This document shows, piece by piece, positions 1-11,426 of a stretch of 64,000 nucleotides of DNA; position 1 is the stretch's first letter, and every line of letters starts with the position of its first letter. The translations under genes were made by a program, and so were the position numbers. The stretch is from Nemertoderma westbladi (taxonomy: Eukaryota > Animalia > Xenacoelomorpha), in NCBI GenBank assembly GCA_032718475.1, contig JAUCBJ010004774.1:26556-90555 (forward strand), written 5' to 3'. A model generated the notes under the pieces. It saw only the letters and a list, made by a program, of their open reading frames with translations, was not told the DNA's origin and searched no databases.

Positions 1-428
1 GTTATGATTTACAGTCGGGCAGATATCAGTCAATATTATTAATTAATATATTTAATATATTTATATAATTAATATATTAGAGAATAAGCTTATGTCATTC
101 AAATACAAATAGACACTGACTGAATACAGTTTCAACAGTAGTATAGGCCTACTGTAGGTACCGGTATGTAGCCTATTTAGCTAAACCTTAAAACGTACCG
201 TACTGTTTTCTTTTGGAAGGTTTTTTTTGAGACTTTTTTTTATACATAAAAACTTGCTCAAAAACGGCCAAGCGGAAACGCTGCCAAATTTTTTTTGTTA
301 AGATGGATAACAGGGAATTGTGGTGCCGCAATATTGCATTGTTGATAAGCGGCACAGCAATCTTAATGCAACTACTGTATAATGCTAATGCAGCATGGGG
401 ATAGATACTGTAGTATATATAAATTTAC

Positions 429-632
429 CAACCGGTAGTGAATATAGTGCGGCTGGCTACAACATGTCGTTCCATTACATTCCGCAGTTGAGTCGCGTTG
501 TTTTTAAGCCGATTCAGAGTGGCTTTTGGGATTTTATTGAAGGCCGCATTTGACGGAGAGTAGATTGTATATGGCCCGTCTTCGTGCAGTGTTGAGGATG
601 TCCCCGCCAAAACGAGAAGGTCAGTGAATATA
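429..632 (-). CDS. Fasciclin gene exon (second FAS1 domain); gene continues left of the window
   Basis: T-rich CAG acceptor; IFTDLLVLAGTSSTLHEDGPYTIYSPSNAAFNKIP...VMERHVV; GTAAAT donor. It starts in phase 2, so a small intervening exon remains unidentified. Confidence 0.8.
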
Positions 633-1456
633 CTGAAAAAAAAAACATTTTTACAATCTACAGATGTCCAATATACAGTGTTAATGTGCAGATAAATGAC
701 TATAACTTATATCTGTAAGTGAAACACGAAATGCCGAGCCGACCCGAAGGTTTCTCCCTCTCTTGGCTATTACCTGTAAGGCTATTAAACGAACGGATGA
801 AGTGGTAGGCATTGACCAGCTGTATCATAGTGTATAGATGATCGAAAAATCTTTATTTAATATAATATAACCAGCTAAAGACCCTCAATACTTTATATTT
901 TTTTATCATCTATACACCTGTAAGGCTGGAATACTGTCACGCTAACTCCCATGGATGAACACAGTGTAACAATAATTCAACTCTTACAATCATACTCAGC
1001 CGTTGCCGCCACGCGGTTACCGAATTGTAACTGGATCGCAACCGGACCGAACCTTGGCTGCTGGACCAACAGACAAGGTACAGCTGGAGGCACAGTGAGT
1101 GAACACTCCACCAGTTCTCTGATGAATATTTATTTAATTAAGTAATTACGCCCGAACGCAGGCTATTTATATTTACTTGAATTACTTAGCTAATAATATT
1201 AACAAAATCATCAATATATTGTGTAGATTATAAATAAAACAATATAAAATGAAATAAAATAAGTCACTACTTTAATATAATAATATGCATTAGTTCAATT
1301 TACCATCTAATGAAAGTATTCTTACCTTTACATATATTATAAACTATTACAATAAATTCTTACACTTATCTGGAAACACAGGTCTACCTGTAAATAATAT
1401 ATGAGCCTAAATGTATATATAACTTTTGTTGGGCACAGCTTTGGCAAAGTCGGCAA

Positions 1457-1528
1457 TGACGTCCAGGTGGGATCGAACTGGTGACCTCTGGGTTGGAAGT
1501 CTGAAACTCTAACCATTCAGCAAGCGGC
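1457..1528 (-). mobile_element. tRNA-derived SINE head or tRNA pseudogene
   Basis: Minus strand has an A-box-like TGCTGAATGG, an anticodon-like loop CTTCCAA and a B-box GTTCGATCC at tRNA spacing; acceptor stem is poor. Confidence 0.5.
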
Positions 1529-1721
1529 TTGGGGTAAAAGGTTGACCCGGAAATACCCCCTTGTATGGCAGACCTTGTATGTCCGCAATTAACCTCCTCA
1601 TGGCCTCCCATCTGTCAATAACACCATATGCTGCCACTGTGCTCAACCCTACAGTACTTGTATATAGATATACTCATACTCAAATCTAGTACCTGTATAT
1701 AGATATACTCTCCAATCTTAC

Positions 1722-1865
1722 GGCCACATCTTGGTCTGCTCTGGGATAAATGAATTTGTTGACCACATGGACTACCCCATTACTCGCCTGCTGATCAAAG
1801 GTAACTATTGGCGACCCGCTGGCAGTAATGACATTTATATCGGTGTAAAGGTTTGTTCGTATTTT
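1722..1865 (-). CDS. Fasciclin gene exon 3
   Basis: CTGCAG acceptor; KIRTNLYTDINVITASGSPIVTFDQQASNGVVHVVNKFIYP contains the FAS1 H2 motif NGVVHVV; GTAAG donor. Confidence 0.85.
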
Positions 1866-2152
1866 CTGCAGAAATATAACAAAACCTAATTATATATTCT
1901 TACAATTTATTATTAACTGTTTCGTATTAATGGAATAATTGTTAAAATCGTCTATCTAGAAATAAAGTGAAATGTTTATCCAACGGTAATCATCAAAAAT
2001 GTTAATGTTTAATGACTCGCGGAGGCCACGAATATTATTTCTCCACAAACATAAACCTCCCGTGATGTGAAAATACCAGGTTTTAAATTATTTGTTGAAT
2101 TTTATTGCAATTTATTATGACGAATTTGTATTTTCTTAAACTTCTCTTTATG

Positions 2153-4390
2153 GATAGATAGATAGATAGATTTATTTATACATTATGTAAAAACAATAAC
2201 AAATACACCAAACAATGTACCGGTATAAAGGTATTGTCCAACATAACATATAGGATTACCCCTAAAGCTTTGCAGCTTATTTCCAAGGGGGTCCTTTATG
2301 TTACTTGGTTACAAATACAATATTACACTACGCTAACCTAAAACCAATATAAAACGTAATTACACTATGTACATGTACAACTTTACCGAGAGCGTGACAA
2401 TGCCCGACTCAACGATAAAGATGTAATGTACAGAACAATTTATTATAAAACGTAATTACAGTATAAATAGTAAATAATTAATAAACTAATAACTTACTGT
2501 AGGACTATTGTACCTATTTTTACATTGCACACGGAGATGAGATTTAACTGCAGATTTAAAAGAATGTTGATTATTTAGGTTTTTAATTTCATTAGGCAGA
2601 GCGTTCCAATTTTTTATGCCGTTAAAAAAGAAAGTATCAGATTCAAAGGATTTACAATTCGGGAGGTAGAAGTTTGAAGCACTAGCTCTGGTACTGTAAG
2701 AGTGTGTATCGCGTACTCTGTTGAATTTTTGTTTTAGGTAATTGGGACATTTACCATTATACACTTTATGCACATGGTTAAGGTGTAGCTGCTTAACTCT
2801 ACTATCTAAGTTAAGTAGTCCAGATTCAGAAAAGTCATCTGGAGTTAGGTGGTGCCTAGGTTTGTAGTCTTTAATAAATCGTACTACTTTATTCTGAGCT
2901 ACTTGTAATTTACATTTAAGCTGTTTGGTTAAGCCTTCATACCAAGAAGAGCACGCATAGTCCATGTGACACTGTATTAAAGAAGAGCAAAGTAACTTGC
3001 GGGAGTCGGTGTTCAAACTATTTTTATTTCTGTATAGAAACCTAAGCCTACTGTTAACTTTCGAGAAAATATTTTTCACTGTACTTTCTCCTGATAAGCA
3101 GTTATCCAATGTGGCGCCTAAATATTTAACTTCCTTTTTATTTTCAATCTTATGTCCATTACTAGTGACTTCAAACTTAGTTACCTTCTTTAACTTTCTT
3201 TTGGAACCAAACAAAATACTTTCAGTTTTACCGTAGTGAATGGATAGCTTATTATCAACCAACCACTCATTACAGGATTCTAGAACTGCACTTAACTTTT
3301 GGGAAATATGGATAGGATCTTTATGAGAGAAAATAAGAGCACTGTCGTCGGCATATAAAATCAGTTTAAAATCGGGATCTATACTACTTATCATATCATT
3401 TACATAGCATACAAAAAGCAGAGGACCTAATATACTACCTTGCGGTACACCACAGGTAATCTCTTGTACAGTAGACAGCGATTTGCTAATGACTACAGTT
3501 TGACCTCTGTCTGACAGGTAGGACTTGAACCAGTCTATAGAACCTACACCCATCAGGCCTAACTTACCAAGCAGAATTTCGTGATCTACAGTATCGAAAG
3601 CCTTTTGTAGGTCCAACATTACCATACCAGTATATAAACCCTTTGCGTTATTACATCTAATTGTATCAGTTAAGTTAATAAGGCAGGTGTCTGTAGAATA
3701 TGATTTACGAAAACCGGACTGAAGTTCATAGATCAGATTTAGCCTACTAAGATGTGCTTCCAGCTGTAGAAAAACAGAACGTTCTAGAATTTTAGATACA
3801 ATACTTAAGATACTAACAGGTCTGTAATTACAGGGTTCTACTTTACTATTCTTTTTATACAGAGGAACAACCTTAGCTAATTTCAGTTCGTCTGGTACTA
3901 CATTATCTACGATAGAGTAATTAATAATAAAAGTAATAGGCACTTTAAGTACTTCAGCACCATCCTTAAGAAAACGGGCAGGTATTAGATCTAGACCGGT
4001 ACTTTTTGAGGCTGATAGGCTAAGTAGATTTTTAAAAACGAAATCCTCAGAAACGGGTTTTAAAAATAACTTTTCTGAATTTTGTAACTTTTCTAAATAA
4101 AAATTTTTTAGAGTTTCGGACCCTATACTATATTTATTACTTGATAACGGTAATTTCTTAACTAAATTAGAGGCAACATTAGTAAAATAATTATTAAATA
4201 AATTACTAACTAGAGTATGATCATGAATCAGCTCACCGTTATCTTGCAGAACAATATTCGATTTAGATTTAAGGTTTTTATAACCTAAAGATTTTAGGGT
4301 AGACCATAGACTTTTAGGATTATCTTTATTCTCACTTATTTTGTTGTACAAATATTCAGATTTAGCTTTTTTTATTTCCCGTTGGACAAG
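2153..4390 (-). mobile_element. 5'-truncated CR1/L2-group LINE in fasciclin intron 2
   Basis: RT ORF 2486-4351; 3' hairpin near 2255-2295; AATAAA followed by a (TCTA)n tail at 2153-2177. Confidence 0.85.
2486..4351 (-). CDS. LINE reverse transcriptase (5'-truncated ORF2)
   Basis: [46 protein letters not shown] motifs in an open 621-aa frame. Confidence 0.9.
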   Translation of the reverse strand: MYNKISENKDNPKSLWSTLKSLGYKNLKSKSNIVLQDNGELIHDHTLVSNLFNNYFTNVASNLVKKLPLSSNKYSIGSETLKNFYLEKLQNSEKLFLKPVSEDFVFKNLLSLSASKSTGLDLIPARFLKDGAEVLKVPITFIINYSIVDNVVPDELKLAKVVPLYKKNSKVEPCNYRPVSILSIVSKILERSVFLQLEAHLSRLNLIYELQSGFRKSYSTDTCLINLTDTIRCNNAKGLYTGMVMLDLQKAFDTVDHEILLGKLGLMGVGSIDWFKSYLSDRGQTVVISKSLSTVQEITCGVPQGSILGPLLFVCYVNDMISSIDPDFKLILYADDSALIFSHKDPIHISQKLSAVLESCNEWLVDNKLSIHYGKTESILFGSKRKLKKVTKFEVTSNGHKIENKKEVKYLGATLDNCLSGESTVKNIFSKVNSRLRFLYRNKNSLNTDSRKLLCSSLIQCHMDYACSSWYEGLTKQLKCKLQVAQNKVVRFIKDYKPRHHLTPDDFSESGLLNLDSRVKQLHLNHVHKVYNGKCPNYLKQKFNRVRDTHSYSTRASASNFYLPNCKSFESDTFFFNGIKNWNALPNEIKNLNNQHSFKSAVKSHLRVQCKNRYNSPTVSY

Positions 4391-4752
4391 GTTTATAGCT
4401 CTTTATAGCTCATATTTCAGAAACTCTGATGTACTTGAGTTGGGAAATTCTAACGCTCTATATTGACATCGACACTTCCTTCACCGTCTGCTGATAGGTC
4501 TACGCTATACCTGTATATATATATATACATATCTGACACATGAATCATATATACATAATTAACCCAAAAACACCACCAATATTATATTATGAATCATTTA
4601 CAAAGGTCAGTTTATTCTCAATTAAATTGGGCTTCTTCCTAAAATATTTCCAACTCTGGTTTATTGTTTTGGTTCCTTTCAATGTAACCTGCTTCCTTAC
4701 TAAACACAAAAATTACTAAAATTATATTTCATATAATATATTATACACATAC

Positions 4753-4884
4753 TACTTGACCATCGAGACTAGGAATCAGACCTTCGTCCTTAATGTCAGC
4801 CTTAACGATTTTCATTGTAGAGGCATGGAATGATAGCGTATCTTCTAATAATACAGGGTCGCCGGTTATAGCAGCTAGAAGATC
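4753..4884 (-). CDS. Fasciclin gene exon 2
   Basis: TTTCAG acceptor; reads DLLAAITGDPVLLEDTLSFHASTMKIVKADIKDEGLIPSLDGQV (FAS1 YH-like FH motif); GTATGT donor. Confidence 0.8.
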
Positions 4885-4975
4885 CTGAAAGATCAAAACG
4901 ATTTCAGAATTAATATGAACCGAGATAATTTTACTAAAAAAGACAGAAGAGTCTAACTAATTCAAACAGACTAAC

Positions 4976-5248
4976 CTTGTTCATATTGGCTAGAGCGTCG
5001 TTGTTTGGTACAAATAAAGTGATTGTCTTGTCATTCTGCAGTTTCTGTTTTATTGTGGGACATTTGTCTAAAAGGCTCGCAAATTGTGGTCCCAATTTCA
5101 CCGCCAGATCGTAAACGGTATTGGAGTCCTTGACGACGGATTTCGCCTCGACTAATTCAACCCATGGTACGACATCCGGTTGATTCTTCAACCCAAAGGT
5201 TGCAGCAACAAGGAGACACAGAACCAGTGCACTTATTTGCATAACCAT
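4976..5248 (-). CDS. Fasciclin (FAS1)-domain secreted protein, TGFBI/periostin-like, exon 1
   Basis: ATG at 5248, hydrophobic signal peptide (MQISALVLCLLVAATFG), FAS1 H1 motif TLFVPNNDAL, donor AAG|GTTAGT, phase 0. Confidence 0.85.
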
Positions 5249-6143
5249 ATTAGTGCTGAGGTGGTTGAACTTGTTTAATTAATTAATTTATAATAATTTA
5301 ATATCACAATTTTAGTAAACGTACACTATTTAACCCTATTTTAGAGATACATTTTGCACTCTATAATCGTAGATTAAATCAACCTTTCTAAATTAATTAC
5401 TGACTTCATACTTTACTAATGAAATAATCGTTTAGCTCTCTATCGGACGCATTTTGTATCAAATGAGAAATTGAAAACTGAAATTTATTATTTAATCAAA
5501 TATGGATATTCAATATAAAATAAAAGAATAATATAATTATTACAAGAAGGTACTTTTGTTTAGATAAGTAAAATAGAGTTCAAACAATGGATGGTGTTTT
5601 CCCTGAGTAAATAAAACCACAGTTTAGATATCTCTCTCTCTGGTACTTTTTATCCCACAATTCCCCAATCGATCTTTTCATATCAATGTTTACCAGTACA
5701 AAGTTAACCACACACTGCTAATCTTTAGCTTATAATTGCTATACAGTACTACGTCAGTTCTATAAATAAGTGTTACTATAGTATCTATTGGTGGGGTTTT
5801 GGTCAGAGGTCTGTATCAAATGTCAGTTTTAAACTTTAACCTGTAATGTAACGGCTTGTAACGGCTTGTATACAGCTTGTTACGGTTGCTTTTAGTTCCA
5901 GTGCTTTATTCAATTTAGAGGGGGTCTCAAATTATATTTATCTCGTGCACCAAAACGCTTAATCTGGCCCTGTTCAGTTCAATAAGAACTGTATTAGGAA
6001 TTAGGTTGCTGAACCTTAAGCTGTGGGTAACGAAAGTCTTATTACAGTATTATTATACTACTGACTTAGTTGTAAGAGACAGGCTGACTTAGTGGTACGT
6101 CATAAAACTTGCAATAATAATTACTGATGTTTATCATTTTCAG

Positions 6144-6242
6144 ATGGATGCTGTTCTGACTGGAGCTACATTGTCTTCGGGAGAATTATTTGGCGAATCA
6201 GCTGTCAGTAGTCAAGCAATCAGAACGGACGCTGTATCTCAG
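6144..6242 (+). CDS. PKD1-like exon (start of LamG/ConA-like domain)
   Basis: TTTCAG acceptor, MDAVLTGATLSSGELFGESAVSSQAIRTDAVSQ, CAG|GTTAGG donor; phase 0 matches the next exon. Confidence 0.6.
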
Positions 6243-6687
6243 GTTAGGGTAATTATTATATGGCGGATCAGCTGTCAGTAGAGTCAGCCAATCAGAACAG
6301 AGGCTGTATCTCAGGTTAGGGTAATTATTATATGGCGAATCAGCTGTCAGTAGTCAGCCAATCAGAACAGAGGCTGTATCTCAGGTTAGGGTAATTATTA
6401 TATGGCGGATCAGCTGTCAGTAGAGTCAGCCAATCAGAACAGAGGCTGTATCTCAGGTTAGGGTAATTATTATATGGCGAATCAGCTGTCAGTAGTCAGC
6501 CAATCAGAACAGAGGCTGTATCTCAGGTTAGGGTAATTATTATATGGCGGATCAGCTGTCAGTAGAGTCAGCCAATCAGAACAGAGGCTGTATCTCAGGT
6601 TAGGGTAATTATTATATGGCGAATCAGCTGTCAGTAGTCAGCCAAACAGAACAGAGGCTGTATCTCAGGTAAGGGTAATTATTATAT
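6190..6687 (+). repeat. Minisatellite, alternating 59/61-bp units, each containing the exon end and splice donor
   Basis: About 8 copies of TATATGGCGRATCAGCTGTCAGTA(GA)GTCAGCCAATCAGAACAGAGGCTGTATCTCAGGTTAGGGTAATTAT; degenerate copies continue at 6906-7030. Confidence 0.95.
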
Positions 6688-6905
6688 GGATGTAAACGCT
6701 ACGCCGACAGCCGACAACCACTGCCATCAACAGCAAATATGAAAATGTAACCTGAGTTCGTGACTCTCGCTTATTGTTTTGGTTAGAATAACCTTCCACT
6801 GTAACCTGTTCCTTTCCTTCAATTAATAAATAACATTAATTAGCTTTAATAATGGTTGTCGGCGTTGGTTGTCAGTAGTCGGTTGTCGGCGTAGCGTTTA
6901 CACCC
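6688..6905. mobile_element. MITE with 9-bp TSD (Mutator-like)
   Basis: TIRs GGATGTAAACGCTACGCCGACA / TGTCGGCGTAGCGTTTACACCC; TSD TTATTATAT at 6679-6687 and 6906-6914. Confidence 0.8.
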
Positions 6906-7095
6906 TTATTATATGGCGAATCAGCTGTCAGTTATAAAGTAAACAGAATCGAGGTTGTATCCTGTATCTTAGGATAGGCTAATTATTATAGGGCGAATCA
7001 GCTGCCAGTAGGCAGCCAATCAGAACAGAGGCCTACATACCAGTGTGAACTTCCATTACCACAACTGTTTTTGAAAATGAAACTTTTTAATATTG

Positions 7096-7722
7096 GTTTG
7101 TGGGGCGAGACACGTAGTCGGCGAGCCTTGGCATACGGTTCATATAGGGCAAATGGGGCATGTCCGTCTGTCTGTCTGTCTGTCCGTCCGTCTGTCTGGT
7201 AAATGTTTGAACGCGAATTTCTCGGCATCGCTCGTTCGGAATTGAACCAAACTTAGTAGGTAAGTAGTAGAGAGAAAGTTTAGAAAGTTTGTAAAGTTTG
7301 GTGAAAAATCATGCAGTCTGACGTCAGCTACGACAGATTATGTGGTTTTTAGAAAATGTTAAATTTCTCGGGAAGGCCTCATTTTCCTGAGCTGAAATTT
7401 TGGTGGCCTGTAGAGAATCATGAAGTCTATCTTTTACGAAATTGAAAAGTTAAGACATTTAATTGGGGATCCGCTAGAGACTCAGAAGTAATGACATAGG
7501 CCTACCGGTACGGTACTGCTGTACAGTGCTGCACTGGTAAGTACGAAATTGCAGAATAACAATTTGACACCACCTAGCGGATTAACATATGATTGTATAT
7601 CGAATGAATACATTTATACTGTAGCATGGGATATTGGGTCCAAACTAGACATACCCCATTTGCTCTATATGAACCGTATGCCAAGGCTTGCCGACTACGT
7701 GCTTCGCGAAGTCCCCACGAAC
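7096..7722. mobile_element. Non-autonomous element with about 70-bp terminal inverted repeats and an internal (CTGT)n microsatellite
   Basis: 7096-7165 is the near-exact reverse complement of 7648-7722. Confidence 0.75.
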
Positions 7723-7849
7723 GTGTTGTTTTATAGTGGTACTTTTATTTAATTGTCAAGCAATGAAGTAAAAACCTTACCGGTAGGTATGCAGTACAAA
7801 TGAAACAGTAAAAAAGCAACTGACCTGTAGACGTTGCTGCCGTCTTGCC

Positions 7850-8254
7850 GTCTTGATGCTGTCTAACGCGTTCAATCAAGTGCTGGATGGTATGTCCAAC
7901 ATATTCCCCCTTACAAGAGGGACAAGAGAAAGAATAAACGACGTTAGACGCAAGAATATCTGGAACCGGATGTTTCAATGATGGTAGTGATTGGCGCAGT
8001 TTGGCAGTTGTGTAAACAAACCGCACTGGCCGTGTGCAAGACCTTGGTACTAGACCACGCAACCTACAAACAAAAAGTTCGGTGGCCCAACCGCGGTACT
8101 CAAACTTACAGATAATGGGCCTGGGATTTTCCGACGGTTCCGGCTCCACCGGGTCAATGACCTCGGTGGGTGTAACCGCAGTCACCTCGCTCTCACTACT
8201 ATTGCCAGGACGCCCCCTAGCGGCACGGACGGCGGTAAGCTCACGCTGAATCAT
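7850..8254 (-). mobile_element. Penelope-like element fragment (GIY-YIG endonuclease)
   Basis: SNVVYSFSCPSCKGEYVGHTIQHLIERVRQH is the PLE GIY-YIG motif; no RT core is present. Confidence 0.75.
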
Positions 8255-8498
8255 CGCATTTGTATATTGGTTATTGCTAAGAATAATATTAGCTTCCCCA
8301 ATTGCAGTATTGAGCTGGGAGCCATCCCCGCCCTTACTGACGTTAAAAACGTTAAATTTGTTGTTTTAGTTGTTAAAATACAAGTAAATTTTATTTCTAG
8401 GATATTTTTGTTTAAGATCATCGGCATCAAATGAAAACATAAAAATTTCACTTAGAATATATATAATTATTAGCGAATAATTATTTATTAATTTACAG

Positions 8499-8637
8499 CA
8501 ATCTGTTGACCTTGGAGATTTTGCTTCTGTTGTTTGTATTAAAGATTTTTCCACCTGTCGAGGTTTCGTTGTGATGTTTTGGTGTAAAATTGACGCAGGT
8601 CAGGGGACTACTTCAGATGCTTATTTTATCTCCAGCG
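8499..8637 (+). CDS. PKD1-like exon (LamG-like)
   Basis: TTTACAG acceptor; QSVDLGDFASVVCIKDFSTCRGFVVMFWCKIDAGQGTTSDAYFISS; GTAAGT donor. Confidence 0.75.
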
Positions 8638-10161
8638 GTAAGTCCATTGTTATAGGCCTACAGTATTACAATAATAATGGCTTATTCATACGCTTGCACT
8701 TATTTCACGACACATTATTAGCCAACCACTGGCGGTGGTTGCAGGAAATAATTAACATTCAATTCACAAGTCCATCACACAAATATTTTTCTACACAAAC
8801 ATACAAGTAATATGTTTTCTTCCATTTTTTTTTATTAGGAATGCAATTTTGTGGTACAAGTTTCTGCAATGGGACAATACAAATTGGACCGACAACCCCC
8901 CCCCCCCCACCCCCAAATTCACTACAAATCCGAATGAGATCCTCCCCCTCCCTAGTGGGTGAACCAAAATTTTTATTCTCTGTTTCATTCTTTAGCTTCA
9001 AGCGTTTGAAAAAGGTGTCTCCGACGATATTGTACCAGTTTCATTTGTTACGGGATTAACCTTAAGACACTTTATTACCTACAGAAACCAAATCTGAGGT
9101 GTTATGTCACATCAGATAAGGTATTAATCATTCATGCCTCACCCGGGCGCGGGGTCACGCTTCATTCATGTCTCAAGGCGTGGGGTCACATCGTCCACTT
9201 TTTACACCTACAGTAGGAATTGGGTTACACCTCATTACACAGCCTTACCTGGACGGGGGTCGCGCTTCATTCATTCATTTTCATTTATGTCTCTTTATTA
9301 AGTCTTAATTTATATCTCAGTATATTACAATATTATGTGTATAATATCGAGTCTATTCAAGCACTAATTTATAATATCATTTGCAATTATAATTATTTTA
9401 TTAATGCAGTGAAAACGAGAATGCAAATGTGAAAGAATTGTACGAGCTGATAATATAAATCTTCAAATAATTTCCTATACATATCTCAGTATCACAATAT
9501 TTTCAAAATTCTTTACTTATTTCAATCTTCTACTGTAGTCCATCATACAAAATGTAATGGCAATTAGAACAACCCCCCTAACTCCCCCCCCCTCCCTTTG
9601 GCAGCAGCAATTACTAGCCTTGCTATCTGCAATGGTGCCTTCCCTCATTATCAACTAGTGTTATTACGCACAATATACTATACAGTAATTATACTTATAC
9701 TTATAATATATAATATTTGTGCCTATTTATATTATATTAACTTGATAATACTAAACGGGAAAATAAACAGTAAAACAGTAAATCAAAGTGGGAAAATCTG
9801 TTAGCACCCCGATTGTATGCCAAACCCCAAAGGTCAACTTACAATCAGGGAGGCTGCTAAAGGAACCGAGAGAAAGCCGCCCCAATATTAGATTATTACA
9901 ACAACATATCCATTGGGTAAGAAAGTGGAGGAGAGCCAGCCCGTCTCTTAATTTTTTACTTTATATTACGCGATCAATTTTCACTCATCTCGTCATGAAC
10001 CCAACATGTATGTAAACTTTTGTTAAATTTGTTGGCTATGCGTTTGCGGTTGTTTGGGCGGAGTGTGGTAGGCCTACACTTTTCACACTTAAATATTTTG
10101 GTTGTGAAATGTTACAGGGCATAGCTATCTGAGATATTTCATTTATATTTTATTATGAGAG

Positions 10162-10710
10162 TGTGACGGGATCCAGGAAGGATCCCGATTTATCCGGTTG
10201 TTTAATTCACTCGTCCCCGCCGTGTGCATGAAAGGTAAAAGGGAATCCGTGTCGTTCGTTGTATATAATAACTGATATAGATATAGGGTATATAGATATA
10301 GGTGTACGGATAATGTTGTCGTATACAGAAGGCGGGATACGGTAATTAAAGTCCCGGTCCTTCCCTAGCTAAACTAACTAACCTAAACTAGCACCAATAT
10401 TACACTGAGATAACTGAACTGATATGATTACTGCCAAGTGGCTATATTGCACGGTTGGCCTTGTTACTCTACCTAACCGATGCCTTTCCCCCCTCTGATT
10501 GGTTGATACCCTTGTTGGCGCCCTTTGGAGTGTTTCCGTTCACTCCACCTGTTCTCTCTGGGTTAGGGGTTTGGCCCCTGACCCTCATTGTGTGTTTCCT
10601 TCCCATTTTGTTGGGGTGGCACGAGTTGGTTGATTACCCAATCTCGTGGCTCCCAATATTGCTTATCGGCTTAACTTTATGGGGTGTTAGCGGGATTGAA
10701 TAAGCTAACA
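10162..10710 (-). repeat. 3' LTR of element 1
   Basis: Direct repeat of 23711-24259; only one substitution seen by eye. Confidence 0.95.
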
Positions 10711-11426
10711 CTCCCCCCCATGCTATCTTCCCGGTGAGAAGATAGCATCCACCTTAAGTGCGCTACAATCCCGCTGGATCCCGATCTAGTATCTGGTGTG
10801 GGGTGGAATTCTTTTCTCTCGGAGCCGGCTTTCCAGGCCGCTCCCTATGGGTATGATAACGCTACCCTGTATGCCTGGCATCTCATGTCGGGCCGATCGC
10901 GCTCACCTCTCACGCGACTTTTGTTTCCCCAACACTTTTGCCCTATCTCTTCTCCACTCTCACCCTAACTCTCTCATACCCTCGGACCTCCTCGTCCCTC
11001 ACTCAGCCTCTTATTCTCCCCCCCCCCACACACTAGAATTGCGTCCGCACTCTCTCCGCACTTCGCACTATTTGCTCTGTTCCTCAACCCCACTTCGATT
11101 GCCTCATCCCTTCTGACGAATCCCCCCCCCCCCCCCTCTTGTGCCGTCGCACTCAAGAAGCGTGAAATTGTCTGGTGTCTCGTCCATAGTGCCATAGTCA
11201 GTTATCCCCCCAGTCCCAGTAGCTAATTGAGAAAGGTTGTATGACTATAGTACTTACTCCGAACGTATATTTGTAGATTACTAATTACTACGTACGTACA
11301 TACAAATTGCACTTATATGATTATTTGCATTAATTAAATTTGTACTTAATAGTTCGTACGTCCCACGCGGCGCCTTCCAGGCGTACCACGTCCAAGTCTC
11401 AGTTTCTCTCCCTCGGCTCTGGGAAC

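Noticed and set aside
1364-1387. Micro-exon linking fasciclin exon 3 and the exon at 429-632
   Set aside because: It has AG/GTAAG boundaries but ends in phase 0, whereas the next exon needs phase 2; left unannotated.
1457-1528. Functional tRNA-Gly gene
   Set aside because: Acceptor and T stems pair poorly; better explained as a SINE head or pseudogene.
6190-6687. CRISPR-like or telomeric array (contains TTAGGG)
   Set aside because: Units are wholly repeated with no unique spacers, there are no cas genes, the context is eukaryotic, and TTAGGG occurs only once per unit.
10455-10703. Hydrophobic 82-aa ORF duplicated at 24004-24252
   Set aside because: TTG start, antisense within the LTR; the duplication simply reflects LTR identity.
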